Source of the DNA: an uncultured Chloroflexia bacterium
Lineage (GTDB): Bacteria > Chloroflexota > Limnocylindria > Limnocylindrales > CSP1-4
Reading direction: 5' to 3'
NCBI GenBank assembly: GCA_963741085.1
Contig: CAVUGM010000001.1
Coordinates: 124,558 to 188,557, forward strand
DNA length: 64,000 bases
In this document: positions 31,549 to 40,738 of the stretch, piece by piece
How positions within the stretch are numbered: the first letter of the stretch is position 1
How the letters are laid out: every line of letters starts with the position of its first letter
Translations under genes and position numbers: made by a program
The notes under the pieces: model-generated
What the model was told of the DNA's origin: nothing
Database searches by the model: none
Seen by the model: only the letters and a program-made list of their open reading frames with translations

Positions 31549-32039
31549 CCGTCCGCCACGCTTCGTTCACGATCCAGTCCGACCGCCGGCCCACCTTCCA
31601 CGACGTGACCGCCGAGGTGGAGGAGGCGCTCGCCGGGAGCGGCATCCGGGACGGGATCCTGGTCGTCTTCTCGCAGCACACCACCTGCAGCGTGCTGATC
31701 CAGGAGGCCTCCGACGACACGGACTACTGGGGCGAGGAGCTCCTCATGCAGGACCTCGTCGGGGTCCTCGAGAAGCTCGTCCCGACCTGCCGGACCGAGA
31801 ACCAGTACCGGCATCCCGGGCCGAAGCACATCCTGGCCGCCGCGGGTCGCAACGAGCGGGCGGCCTGGTCGCTCAACACCGACGCCCACCTGCGCTCGGT
31901 GATCATGGGCCGTTCACAGACCGTGCCCGTGGTCGATGGGGCGGCCATGCTGGGCGAGTTCGGGCGGGTCTACTTCGCGGACTTCGACCAGGTGCGGGCG
32001 CGCGAGCGGACCGTCCGGGTCACCATCATCGGGGAGTAG
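31545..32039 (+). CDS. YjbQ/UPF0047 family protein (secondary thiamine-phosphate synthase-like)
   Basis: ATGA overlap with the TIM-like gene. The sequence includes FHDVTAEVEEALAGSGIRDGILVVFSQHTTCSVLIQE...DAHLRSVIMGRSQTVPV. Confidence 0.8.
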   Translation: MTVRHASFTIQSDRRPTFHDVTAEVEEALAGSGIRDGILVVFSQHTTCSVLIQEASDDTDYWGEELLMQDLVGVLEKLVPTCRTENQYRHPGPKHILAAAGRNERAAWSLNTDAHLRSVIMGRSQTVPVVDGAAMLGEFGRVYFADFDQVRARERTVRVTIIGE

Positions 32040-32071
32040 GTGCCGGCCCTGTCGGCCGGAGGAGGCGCAGA

Positions 32072-32992
32072 ATGGCATCCGAGCAGCGACCCAGCATCGG
32101 CTTCGTCGGCCTCGGGATCATGGGCCGGCCGATGGCCCGCAACCTGCTGCGGGCCGGCCACCGGGTCGTCGTCCTGGACGTGGTCCGGGCGCCGGTGGAC
32201 GAGCTCGTCGGCGAGGGGGCGGAGGAGCGCGCCACGCCACGGGAGGTGGCCGAGGCGACCGATGTCCTCATCACGATGCTCCCCGATTCCCCGGAGGTCG
32301 AGACCGTCTACGCCGGGCCCGCCGGCGCCCTGGAGGCGGTGCGGCCGGGCTGGCTGGCGATCGACATGAGCTCGATCTCTCCGCGGGTCGCCCGAGAGCT
32401 GGCGGCCCGCGCCGCGGACGCCGGGGCGGAGCTCCTCGACGCGCCGGTCAGCGGCGGCGACAAGGGGGCCATCGCGGGCACGCTCTCGATCATGGTCGGC
32501 GGCTCGGCAGCCGGCTTCGAACGCGCGGGGCCGATCCTTGCGGCAATGGGCAAGACGATCGTCCACGTCGGGCCCTCCGGGGCCGGCCAGGTCGCCAAGG
32601 TCTGCAACCAGGTGGTCGTGGCTGTCGTCATCGAAGCCGTTGCCGAGGCCCTCGTCCTGGCCGCCAAGGCGGGCGTCGACCCGGCCCGGGTCGCCGACGT
32701 GCTCCAGGGGGGCCTTGCCGCCACGAAGGTCCTCGAGATGCGTCGCGACAACATCCTGGGCGGACGGTTCGAGCCGGGCTTCCGGACGCGGCTCCACATC
32801 AAGGACCTCAAGAACGCGCTCGAGCTGGCCCGCGAGGCCGGCGTGGTGCTGCCGGCCACCGCCGAGGTCGAGCAGCTCATGCAGCGGATGCGAATCGCCG
32901 GTCGCGGCGACTTCGACCATTCGGGCCTCGTGACGGTCCTCGAGGACCTCGCCGCGGTCCGCGTCGCCGACGCCGTGGGGCGGGCCGGGTAG
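32072..32992 (+). CDS. NAD(P)-dependent beta-hydroxyacid dehydrogenase (HIBADH / 2-hydroxy-3-oxopropionate reductase family)
   Basis: IGFVGLGIMGRPMARNL...DAPVSGGDKGAIAGTLSIMVGG...GAGQVAKVCNQ...HIKDLKNALELA. Confidence 0.9.
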   Translation: MASEQRPSIGFVGLGIMGRPMARNLLRAGHRVVVLDVVRAPVDELVGEGAEERATPREVAEATDVLITMLPDSPEVETVYAGPAGALEAVRPGWLAIDMSSISPRVARELAARAADAGAELLDAPVSGGDKGAIAGTLSIMVGGSAAGFERAGPILAAMGKTIVHVGPSGAGQVAKVCNQVVVAVVIEAVAEALVLAAKAGVDPARVADVLQGGLAATKVLEMRRDNILGGRFEPGFRTRLHIKDLKNALELAREAGVVLPATAEVEQLMQRMRIAGRGDFDHSGLVTVLEDLAAVRVADAVGRAG

Positions 32993-33119
32993 CAAGGCTC
33001 CGGGCTGGCGGGACGCGCCAGCCGGAACGCACCGGCCGGCGGAACGCACCGGCCACGGAGGCACGGCAGTTCGCGAGCCCGCTCCCGGCCAACCTGTTTC
33101 GGGGCGGCCCGCGTTCCGG

Positions 33120-34001
33120 TCAGCCCGCAAACGGCGTCGCGGCCAGCCCTGGGACGCCCGGTCGCACCAGGAACAGGCCGCCCGCCAGCGGCTGCGCCGC
33201 CAGCTGGACGTCGGAGAGGCCGTCGCGTGCCGTCGTGACGTAGAGGTCGGTGAGCCCATCGCCGCCGAACGCACAGCTTGTGACCCGGGCCACCGGAAGC
33301 ATGACGATCCGGTCGAGCCCGCCGTCCGGCCTGTACCGGCGCACGGACCAGCCGTCCCAGGTGGCGACCCAGAGGCAGCCCTCGGCGTCCACGGTCATGC
33401 CGTCGGGTACGCCATCGGCCTCCGGAACCCCCAGGAGCGGGCGCCGGCCGGCCGCCGCGCAGGTCGCGGGGTCGTAGTCCAGGACGTCGACGCGGGACGT
33501 GGCCGAGTCGATGAAGTACATAAGCCGCTCGTCCGGGCTCCACGCGATCCCATTCGAGATCGTGAGGCCCGTGAGCACCCGTTCCGGCGGGCCGGACGGC
33601 TCGACCCGGTAGAGCGAGCCGGCGGCGGGTCGCTCGTCGCGGGCCATCGAGCCGACCCAGAGGCGTCCACGCGGGTCGCACTTTGCGTCGTTGAGCCGGG
33701 TCGACGGGTCGTCCGCCTCGATGGCGGCGAGGCGCGCCAGCGGACCATGGTCAGAACTCGCGACCCAGACGCCGTCGGGGAGGGCGAGCGCAAGGCCTCC
33801 GCCGCCGCGGGGCACCACCGCGCTCACCTCGACGTCGAGGCGGCGCCTCACGACACGCCCGGTCGCGGGATCAAGCCGCTGGAAGGCGCGGCCCACGATG
33901 TCGACCCACAGCAGCGTCCGCGTCGCCGGGTCCCAGCTGGGGCCTTCGCCCAGCAGGTTCCGGGCGTCCACGGCCAGCGTCCACTCCGGCGCCGTGGTCA
34001 T
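33120..34001 (-). CDS. SMP-30/gluconolactonase/LRE family protein
   Basis: C-terminal 293 aa of ORF 33120..34499 (LGEGPSWDPATRTLLWVDI...NDAKCDPRGRLWVGSM...SNGIAWSPDERLMYFIDS...PDGMTVDAEGCLWVA). ATGA overlap with the upstream HAD gene. Confidence 0.9.
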   Translation of the reverse strand: MTTAPEWTLAVDARNLLGEGPSWDPATRTLLWVDIVGRAFQRLDPATGRVVRRRLDVEVSAVVPRGGGGLALALPDGVWVASSDHGPLARLAAIEADDPSTRLNDAKCDPRGRLWVGSMARDERPAAGSLYRVEPSGPPERVLTGLTISNGIAWSPDERLMYFIDSATSRVDVLDYDPATCAAAGRRPLLGVPEADGVPDGMTVDAEGCLWVATWDGWSVRRYRPDGGLDRIVMLPVARVTSCAFGGDGLTDLYVTTARDGLSDVQLAAQPLAGGLFLVRPGVPGLAATPFAG

Positions 34002-34966
34002 GGCCCCCCACCTCCGCGCACGCGGCCAGACCTCGCGCTCCGGGCGGGCCCTTCGCTGGGCCCGGCTCCCGGGCTCCACGCGGCCTCTTCGCTCGGCCGG
34101 GCCCCTGCGCCCTGCCCGGGCGCCACGCCGCGATCGTCCGTGATCGGCAGGTGGAGCGGGTCGGGCACCGTCCGTCCCGGCCCCCAGGCTTCGGGCCCGC
34201 AGATGAAGCCCGTGCGCACGGGCGGGTGAGTCGCCCGCCAGCCCGGCAGGTCGGCAAGCGCCGACGGCAGGCGGCCGTCGGCGAGCGCGGCCCGGAACCA
34301 GGCCTCGATGTCGGCAAAACAGCCCCACGCCTCGAACTCGCGGCCCGTTGCGCGACCCCACTCCAGGAGCGCGTCCTTGGCCCACACGATGTCCGCATGG
34401 TGGGCGGCATAGCGGTCGCTGCGTCCGTCCCCCACGAATACCACCACGCGGCCGCCGGCCGCGTGCGCGCGCACCCGCTCGCGCTTGCACGTTCCGCACA
34501 CGAAGCAGTCCGGGTGCCCGTAGGGGAACGAGACCCCGTCAGGACCCTCCAGGCGGTTGTCGTTCGTGGCGATCGGCACGTCGGAGAGCGCTGGATCCAG
34601 CCGGGCTAGCTTCGGGGCGATGTAGAAGCCCAGGCCATCGCTCACGACCTCGATCGCGGCCCCCGCGGCCCGGATCGCGGCCACGAACGAGGGGAACGTC
34701 TCGTCCTGGGGGATCGAGCCGGCCATCGACCGCAGCAGGTCGGGGTCGTTTGGCAGGACTTCCATGTCCCAGCGGGTCAGGTCGCGCGAGCCGGCCCTCC
34801 CGGCGGCGTAGTCGGCCTCCAGGGCTGCGATCGCAGCCTGGTCCACGATGGCATGGGCGGCCAGCAGGACGTCGCCGATATCCTGGAGCGCCACCGTGCC
34901 GTCGTAGTCGACGAGCACGCTGACCGGGGCGCCGGACGGGAAGTCCGGGACGTGCGGAGCTCTCAT
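33998..34966 (-). CDS. HAD-IB family phosphatase (MtnX-like) with a low-complexity C-terminal tail
   Basis: It has DYDGT (the nucleophile motif), VVSDGLGFYI, CGTCKRERV and FVGDGRSDRYAAHHAD. Confidence 0.75.
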   Translation of the reverse strand: MRAPHVPDFPSGAPVSVLVDYDGTVALQDIGDVLLAAHAIVDQAAIAALEADYAAGRAGSRDLTRWDMEVLPNDPDLLRSMAGSIPQDETFPSFVAAIRAAGAAIEVVSDGLGFYIAPKLARLDPALSDVPIATNDNRLEGPDGVSFPYGHPDCFVCGTCKRERVRAHAAGGRVVVFVGDGRSDRYAAHHADIVWAKDALLEWGRATGREFEAWGCFADIEAWFRAALADGRLPSALADLPGWRATHPPVRTGFICGPEAWGPGRTVPDPLHLPITDDRGVAPGQGAGARPSEEAAWSPGAGPSEGPARSARSGRVRGGGGP

Positions 34967-35106
34967 CGCGGGTTGGCGTCCGGGTTGGAGTCGGAGTCCA
35001 CGGAGGCGCGCGCGCCGGGGCGGCGCTCACCCAGCCGGCCGCAGCCGGACATGGAGACGGCCCCGGCAGCCAGGTCGGGCGCCGGGGCCGTGATCTCGCC
35101 GATGTG

Positions 35107-35262
35107 TCAGACGCCTTCCTGCTCGAGCTCAAGCGCTTCCTCGTCGCTCTCCTCGGTCAGCTTGAGCCACACGAAGAGGCCGGCAAGCACCACGAGAGGG
35201 ATGACGAGGGCGGCCGCTAGGAGAATCCCCACCAGGGTCGCCAGCGCCTTGATCACCTTCAT
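35107..35262 (-). CDS. 51-aa small membrane protein with an acidic tail
   Basis: It is below the ORF-track cutoff. The ATG (complement 35260-35262) lies 5 nt after GGAAGGAGG. The sequence is MKVIKALATLVGILLAAALVIPLVVLAGLFVWLKLTEESDEEALELEQEGV*, and the gene begins 25 nt downstream of the stop of gene 35288..35794. Confidence 0.5.
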   Translation of the reverse strand: MKVIKALATLVGILLAAALVIPLVVLAGLFVWLKLTEESDEEALELEQEGV

Positions 35263-35287
35263 CCGCCTGCCTCCTTCCGCGGAGCGC

Positions 35288-35794
35288 CTACTGCCGCTGC
35301 AGCGGCGCCGCCGCGATCATCGCCTCGATGTCGTCCTTCGTGAACTCCGCCAGGGAATGGTGCGCGCCGGCGGAGGTGACCATGTGGAGCCGGACGACGT
35401 ACGCGCCTTCCTGCTCGAAGAAGAAGATGTCGTGCGGGCGCTGGGTGTCGATCCAGCGCCCGAGGACACGGAACGAATTCTCATAGTAGCCCGCCGCGGA
35501 CAAGTCCGGCGTCGGGGCGGTCGCGGCTGCCTCGACGCCGCGACGGGCGATCGCCTCGTCCATGAACCGCGCCACGTCCTCGTCGAGGAAGGTGAGCGTC
35601 TCCTTCACCTGGTGTCCCACCGACTCGGACCAGGTGCCGGTGTCGCCGCCTGAGATCGCGAGGCCCTGCACGATGAACCCGTCGGCTGCCTCCACGAGGA
35701 GGACGTCATGCATGCCTCGCTGGTCGAGGAACGCGCCGATCGAGCGCAGGACCTCCTCGAAGTCCTGCCGCGGGCTTCCCTCGTAGATGCGCAT
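35288..35794 (-). CDS. Hypothetical protein with an internal tandem duplication of a ~75-aa module
   Basis: ORF 35288..35794 has an RBS (GGGAGGCGGA). The halves DFEEVLRSIGAFLDQRGMHDVLLVEAADGFIVQGL...FLDEDVARFMDEAIA and YYENSFRVLGRWIDTQRPHDIFFFEQEGAYVVRLH...FTKDDIEAMIAAA align. I do not recognise the family. Confidence 0.65.
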   Translation of the reverse strand: MRIYEGSPRQDFEEVLRSIGAFLDQRGMHDVLLVEAADGFIVQGLAISGGDTGTWSESVGHQVKETLTFLDEDVARFMDEAIARRGVEAAATAPTPDLSAAGYYENSFRVLGRWIDTQRPHDIFFFEQEGAYVVRLHMVTSAGAHHSLAEFTKDDIEAMIAAAPLQRQ

Positions 35795-36007
35795 TCCGCC
35801 TCCCCGGCCCGCCTCCCGCGGGACGTCTGTCCGGTCTCAGCTGCCGGTCGTCTGATTGAACAGCCCCTGCTCGCAGGTGCGGGGCTCGAACGCGGAAGAT
35901 CGCCCAGTTCACGAGTGTACGCACGCCGGTGGTGCCGCACAAGGCGACAGGCGCACGTGCTGCCCGCCCGCCACGGCCGGGGCGGTGGCCGGCTCGGGGA
36001 TCGGCGC

Positions 36008-36916
36008 TCACTGCGCGCTCACCACGATGTTGGCGTTGCTGGTCCGCAACGTGATCGACGGCCCTCCAGCCCCCACCGTGCCTTGCAGCGTGCTGTCTCC
36101 CACGGCACCGGTCGTGCGCACGTCGAACCCGGTCACCAGCACGTGGGCGCCGCCCGAGGTCTGGGCGTCGAATCCGAACGACGAGCCAGCCGGGAGACGC
36201 ACGTAGATCGACTCGTTGGAGGTCTCGAGGTCCTGGGCGGCGTCCGAGAAGGTGCCCTCGAAGCTCGCCGTCGCGTTCGAGGTCGACGCTCGCACCGTCG
36301 CCCCGGTCCCCCTCAGCACGATGGCCGCGTTCGAGGTCTCGACATCGTACGTTCCCGTGCCGTCGATCTCGACTTCCTTGTTGGACGTCTGCACGGTGGC
36401 GCCTCCGTCCACCTCGGCCAGGCGGACGGCGCCGTTCGAGGTGCGTACCCCGATGGCGCCGGCAACACCGGTCGTCGCCACGTTGCCGTTTGACGTGCGC
36501 AGCTCGAGCGCGGCGGCCGCGGGCACCTCCACGACGGCGCTCGCCGCGCGGTTGGAGGGCGACCCCGGGTTCGGCTGGTAGACCGCCCGCAGACCGACCG
36601 AGCCGTCGGGGTTCGCGTCGAGGGTCACCTGGATCTTCGCCCGGTCGGCCTCGGCCTCCCCCTTCGAGCCCGCGGCGCCGGTGGTCGTTACCACGGCCGA
36701 GACCTTGCCCGCCGGACCGGCGCGGACCTCGATCGGGCCGTTGAACATCTCGACGCGCACGCTGACCGCGGAGGCCCCGGCGGGGACGGCTGTCGTGAGC
36801 GTCTGCGTCCCGGAGGAGCGGATGGCAAACGGCCCGTCGCCGGCGCACGCACCGAGGACGGCGACCGCGACGCCGAGCGCCGCAAGGGCGGCGGGCAGGC
36901 GGCGCGGCGCGGGCAT
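36008..36916 (-). CDS. Lipoprotein with DUF4097-like beta-helical repeats (putative adhesin fold)
   Basis: Internal ATG of ORF 36008..37186. The signal and lipobox are LGVAVAVLGAC, followed by a repeated TSNG/TSNA-x-[IV] pattern (ELRTSNGNVA, VRTSNGAVRL, VQTSNKEVEI, VETSNAAIVL, ASTSNATASF, LRTSNANIVV). Confidence 0.8.
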   Translation of the reverse strand: MPAPRRLPAALAALGVAVAVLGACAGDGPFAIRSSGTQTLTTAVPAGASAVSVRVEMFNGPIEVRAGPAGKVSAVVTTTGAAGSKGEAEADRAKIQVTLDANPDGSVGLRAVYQPNPGSPSNRAASAVVEVPAAAALELRTSNGNVATTGVAGAIGVRTSNGAVRLAEVDGGATVQTSNKEVEIDGTGTYDVETSNAAIVLRGTGATVRASTSNATASFEGTFSDAAQDLETSNESIYVRLPAGSSFGFDAQTSGGAHVLVTGFDVRTTGAVGDSTLQGTVGAGGPSITLRTSNANIVVSAQ

Positions 36917-36951
36917 GGCCAGACCTCCGGCAGCGTGCGCGGCGGGCAGCT

Positions 36952-37932
36952 TCAGCCGCGAGCGAGGACCCCGGCAAGACGGCCGGCAACCCGCGCGTTG
37001 TTGATGATGAGCGCCCTGTTGGCCCGGACGGACCTGCCGTCGGTCAGGTCGGCGACCCGCCGGAGGACCCATGGCGTGAGGGCCGGGCCGCGGACACCCG
37101 CGGCGTCGGCCTCGGCGATGGCACGGGCGATCGCTGTCAGCGCCTCGTCCCGCGGAAGCCCCTCCGCGTCCGGGACCGGGACGCACAGCAGGACACCGGT
37201 GCCGAGGAGCTCCAGGTGGGTCGCGGCAAGGGCGGCGGCGGAGGCCTCGTCCGGGACCGACTGTGGGGCGGGAATCCCGGACCGCCGCGAGAAGAATCCA
37301 GGCAGCTCGTCGGTGCCGATTGCCACGACCGGAACGCCCCGCGATTCGAGGACCTCCAGCGTGGCCGGGACGTCGAGGATCGCCTTCGGGCCCGCGCAGA
37401 CCACGACGACCGGCGTCCGGGCGAGCTCCTCGAGGTCGACCGAGACGTCGAGGCTCGGCGGGCGGGGCGAGCCCCCGCGGCTGCCGGCGCCCGCCGAGGG
37501 CACGAAGGCGCCTGCATGGACGCCGCCGATGCCACCCGTCGCGAAGACGCGGATCCCCGCCGCGTGGGCGGCGAGCATGGTCGCCGACACGGTGGTGGCA
37601 CCCCAGCCGGCGCTCGCCAGGGCCCCTGCCAGGGTGGGGCGGGCCACCTTGCGGACGCCGTCCGTGATCGCGAGCGCTCGAACGGCGGCTTCGTCCAGGC
37701 CGACCAGGAGGCGGCCGTCGCGGATGGCAACCGTCGCGGGGACAGCGCCGCTCTCGCGGACGGCGGCCTCGGACGCTGCGGCCACCTCGAGATTCTGGGG
37801 GTACGGCAGGCCGTGGCTGATGAGCGTCGATTCGAGGGCCACGACGGGCCGGCCGGAAGCAAGGGCAGAAGCCACCTCGGGCGCGATCTCGAGGCGGGCG
37901 CGGAGGGCGGCGAGGCGAGAACCGTCGGTCAT
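36952..37932 (-). CDS. psuG: pseudouridine-5'-phosphate glycosidase
   Basis: C-terminal 326 aa of ORF 36952..38346 (VALESTLISHGLPYPQNLE...TVSATMLAAHAAGIRVFATGGIGGVH...VVVVCAGPKAILD...TLEVLESRGVPV). Confidence 0.9.
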   Translation of the reverse strand: MTDGSRLAALRARLEIAPEVASALASGRPVVALESTLISHGLPYPQNLEVAAASEAAVRESGAVPATVAIRDGRLLVGLDEAAVRALAITDGVRKVARPTLAGALASAGWGATTVSATMLAAHAAGIRVFATGGIGGVHAGAFVPSAGAGSRGGSPRPPSLDVSVDLEELARTPVVVVCAGPKAILDVPATLEVLESRGVPVVAIGTDELPGFFSRRSGIPAPQSVPDEASAAALAATHLELLGTGVLLCVPVPDAEGLPRDEALTAIARAIAEADAAGVRGPALTPWVLRRVADLTDGRSVRANRALIINNARVAGRLAGVLARG

Positions 37933-38106
37933 GCGATCACAGTAGCGCGACGGCCCGCGACCCTCCCGGGTTGTACGCTCCGCCGGCGGCGGTGGCCGTG
38001 GCGCGCTGGCCCGGGATGCCGCCCCATTGCGCCACCGCGGACCTTCTCCCGTTTGCGCGGGCCGGGCGACCCGCACGACGGCTCGCGCGGGTCTACCCTC
38101 ACGTGC

Positions 38107-40165
38107 ATGCCTCGATCGATCGCTCCGGCCGACCTGATCCGCCGCCAGGTCGTCCTCGAGGAGCACGACGCGCTGCCCGACGGCAGCGGTGCCGTCGTCG
38201 TCCGGCGGGTCGTCCACGGCGAGACGTACCGCTCCCACCTGCACCTCGTGCAGCTCACGCAAAGGGGTGGGCGCCGCGCGCCCGTTGTCCTCACCACGGG
38301 AGCCGTCCGCGACTCGCAGCCGCGGGTCTCGCCCGACGGCCGGCACGTGGCGTTCCTGCGCTCGTTCCCGGACGACCCCGACCGGCCCACCGCGGCGATG
38401 GTGGCCCCGCTCGCCGGCGGCGAGCCCCGAATGCTATGGGCGCCCGCGCGCGCCGTCGGAGCCGGCCGCGCCCCCGCGCACGACATCTCCGAGCTCGCAT
38501 GGTCTCCCGACGGACGGCGAATCGCGTACGTCGCCGCCGGACCGGCGGTGCGCTTCATCGTGGGGAAGGAGACGAAGGGACGGGTCGTAACCGCCCGCCG
38601 AATCACGCGGAGCGACTGGCGCTGGGACGAGATCGGCCATCGCGATCGCTGGGACCAGGTCTGGGCCGGGGCCGTGCGCGTTGGGTCGCGGCCGCGCCGG
38701 CTGACCGATCTTGAAGCCGACGCGAAGGACCTCGCCTGGTCGCCCGACGGGCGCTGGATCGCCTTCGCCGCCGACCCACGGCCCGACGCCGACATCCGCC
38801 CCTCCCGTCGCTCTGGGCCGTACAGTCCACCGGCGGGTCGCCGCGCGAGCTGGTCCGCCTCGCCGGGTTCGCCGGTTCGCCGGCCTTCTCGCCGGACGGC
38901 CGCTGGCTGGCCTGCGTCGGCGTGGACGTCCCGGCCCCGCTCGACGACGAGATCCCCGGGCTTTTCGTCGCGCCCTTCGACGCCGACGCCGGCGAACCGG
39001 CGGCCGCGATCGCGATGGCGCCCGAGCTCGATCGGCCGATCGGTGCCCTCAACGACACCGACCTCAACGGGTGGATGGTGGCCGCGCGGCCGGGGCCGTT
39101 CTGGGACGGGACCGACGCCCTCGTCGCGCTCGTGAGCGACGCAGGACGTGTGCAGCCGTGGCGCTTCCCGTTCGACGCCGACACCGGTCGTGCCGCGGGT
39201 GCCCCGGCGCGCCTGGCCGGGGCCGACGTCGCCGCCTGGACGCTCGGCGTGGCGCGCGGCGTCGTGTCGGTGGTCGCGACTCTCGACGACCGGCCGATGG
39301 AGCTCCTGGCAGTGGAGGCGGGCCGCGCCACGCCCCGGACAACCCTCGGCGGATCGTGGCGCCGCGGGATCCCGTGGCCCGAGCTCCGGCGCGTGGCGGC
39401 GCCGGGGACGGGCGGCGAGATCGACGACGCTCGTCGTCTCGCCGGCTGGGGCCGGCCCAGCGCCACTCCCGACTATCGTCAACGTCCATGGCGGCCCGCT
39501 CGGCGGCGTGGTCGCCCGCTCCCTCCATCGAGAACGTCCTCCTGGCTGCCAACGGCTACCGGGTCATCCTGCCGAACATCCGGGGCTCGGCCGGCTACGG
39601 CAGGGAGTGGATCACGCCGCAGCTTGGCGACTGGGGCGGCGTGGACGCCGCCGACGTGCTCGCCACGGTGGACCACGTCGCGGGGCTCGGCCTCGCCGAC
39701 CCAGCCCGGCTCGGCATCCTCGGCCTCTCGTACGGCGGCTTCATGGTCAACTGGCTGATTGGCGTCGTACCGGATCGGTTCGCCGCCGCCGTCTCGGAGA
39801 ACGGCGTGACCAACCAGATCAGCGACTGGGCCAACTCGGATTCGGGTCCCGAGTACAACCGGATGGCCCTCCTCGGCGACCCGCTTTCGGAGGAGGGGGT
39901 GATGAAGCTCTGGCGCCAGTCGCCGCTGCGCAACGTCGCCCGCATCCGGACGCCGCTCCTGATGCTCCAGGGCGAGTCCGATCTGCGCTGCCCGGCGGCC
40001 GACAACGAGCAGCTCTTCGTCGCCCTGCGCCAGCTCGGCAGGGAGGTGGAGTACGTGCTCTACCCCGAGTCGTGGCACACGTTTGCGATCACCGGGCGAC
40101 CCGACCGCCGGATCGACCGTAATGAGCGGATGCTGGCCTGGTTCGATCGCTTCCTGAAGGCGTAG
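38107..40165 (+). pseudogene. S9 family serine peptidase (acylaminoacyl-peptidase/prolyl oligopeptidase-like); about 3 frameshifts between 38800 and 39500
   Basis: The N-terminal propeller has repeated SPDGR motifs (VSPDGRHVAFL, WSPDGRRIAYV, WSPDGRWIAFA, FSPDGRWLACV). The catalytic domain is intact in ORF 38711 (GYRVILPNIRGSAGYG...LGILGLSYGGFM...LMLQGESDLRCP...YPESWH). Confidence 0.8.
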
Positions 40166-40200
40166 CCATAGCAGGCGAGCCGAGGGGAGCCGAGAACGCC

Positions 40201-40731
40201 TCATGGAATCCGCCGCCTGAAGCGAAGCTCGATCGGGTTCGCCCCGCCGATCGAGAACGGCTTCGCCGCGCCGTCCGCGAACCAGCCCATCCGCTCGTAG
40301 AAGCCGCGAGCGGCGGTGTTCGCCTCGAAGACCCACAGGACGGCCTCGCCATAGCCCCGGACGACCAGGCCGCGAATCGCCGAATCCATCAGGGCCCGGC
40401 CGGCTCCCAGGTGCTGGGCCGCCGGGTCCACGTAGATCGCGTAGACCTCCCCGAATGCGCCCTCGCCCTCGTGGCGCCCGGGTCCGGAGACGGCAAAGCC
40501 AACCAGCCGCGGCGGCAGCGGTGAGTCGAGCAGCCACGCGACGCGCGTCCAGGCGCCGCTCGGGGCAGCCAGGCGTGCGCGCCACCGCGCCTCCTCGCGG
40601 CGTTCGTCCATGCCGTCGAGCTCCGCAGCCGGGACGATGCCCCGGTACGCGTTGCGCCACGCCGCCACGCGGACGCGGGCGAGGTCCGCGGCGTCCGAGG
40701 GACCGGCCGGCTGGATGACGATCGTGCTCAC
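40201..40731 (-). CDS. GNAT family N-acetyltransferase
   Basis: ORF 40201..40758 has IQPAGPSDAADLARVRVAAWRNAY...VYAIYVDPAAQHLGAGRALM...NTAARGFYERMGW. The start is GTG 40731 or TTG 40758. Confidence 0.8.
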   Translation of the reverse strand: MSTIVIQPAGPSDAADLARVRVAAWRNAYRGIVPAAELDGMDERREEARWRARLAAPSGAWTRVAWLLDSPLPPRLVGFAVSGPGRHEGEGAFGEVYAIYVDPAAQHLGAGRALMDSAIRGLVVRGYGEAVLWVFEANTAARGFYERMGWFADGAAKPFSIGGANPIELRFRRRIP

Positions 40732-40738
40732 GCGCTGG

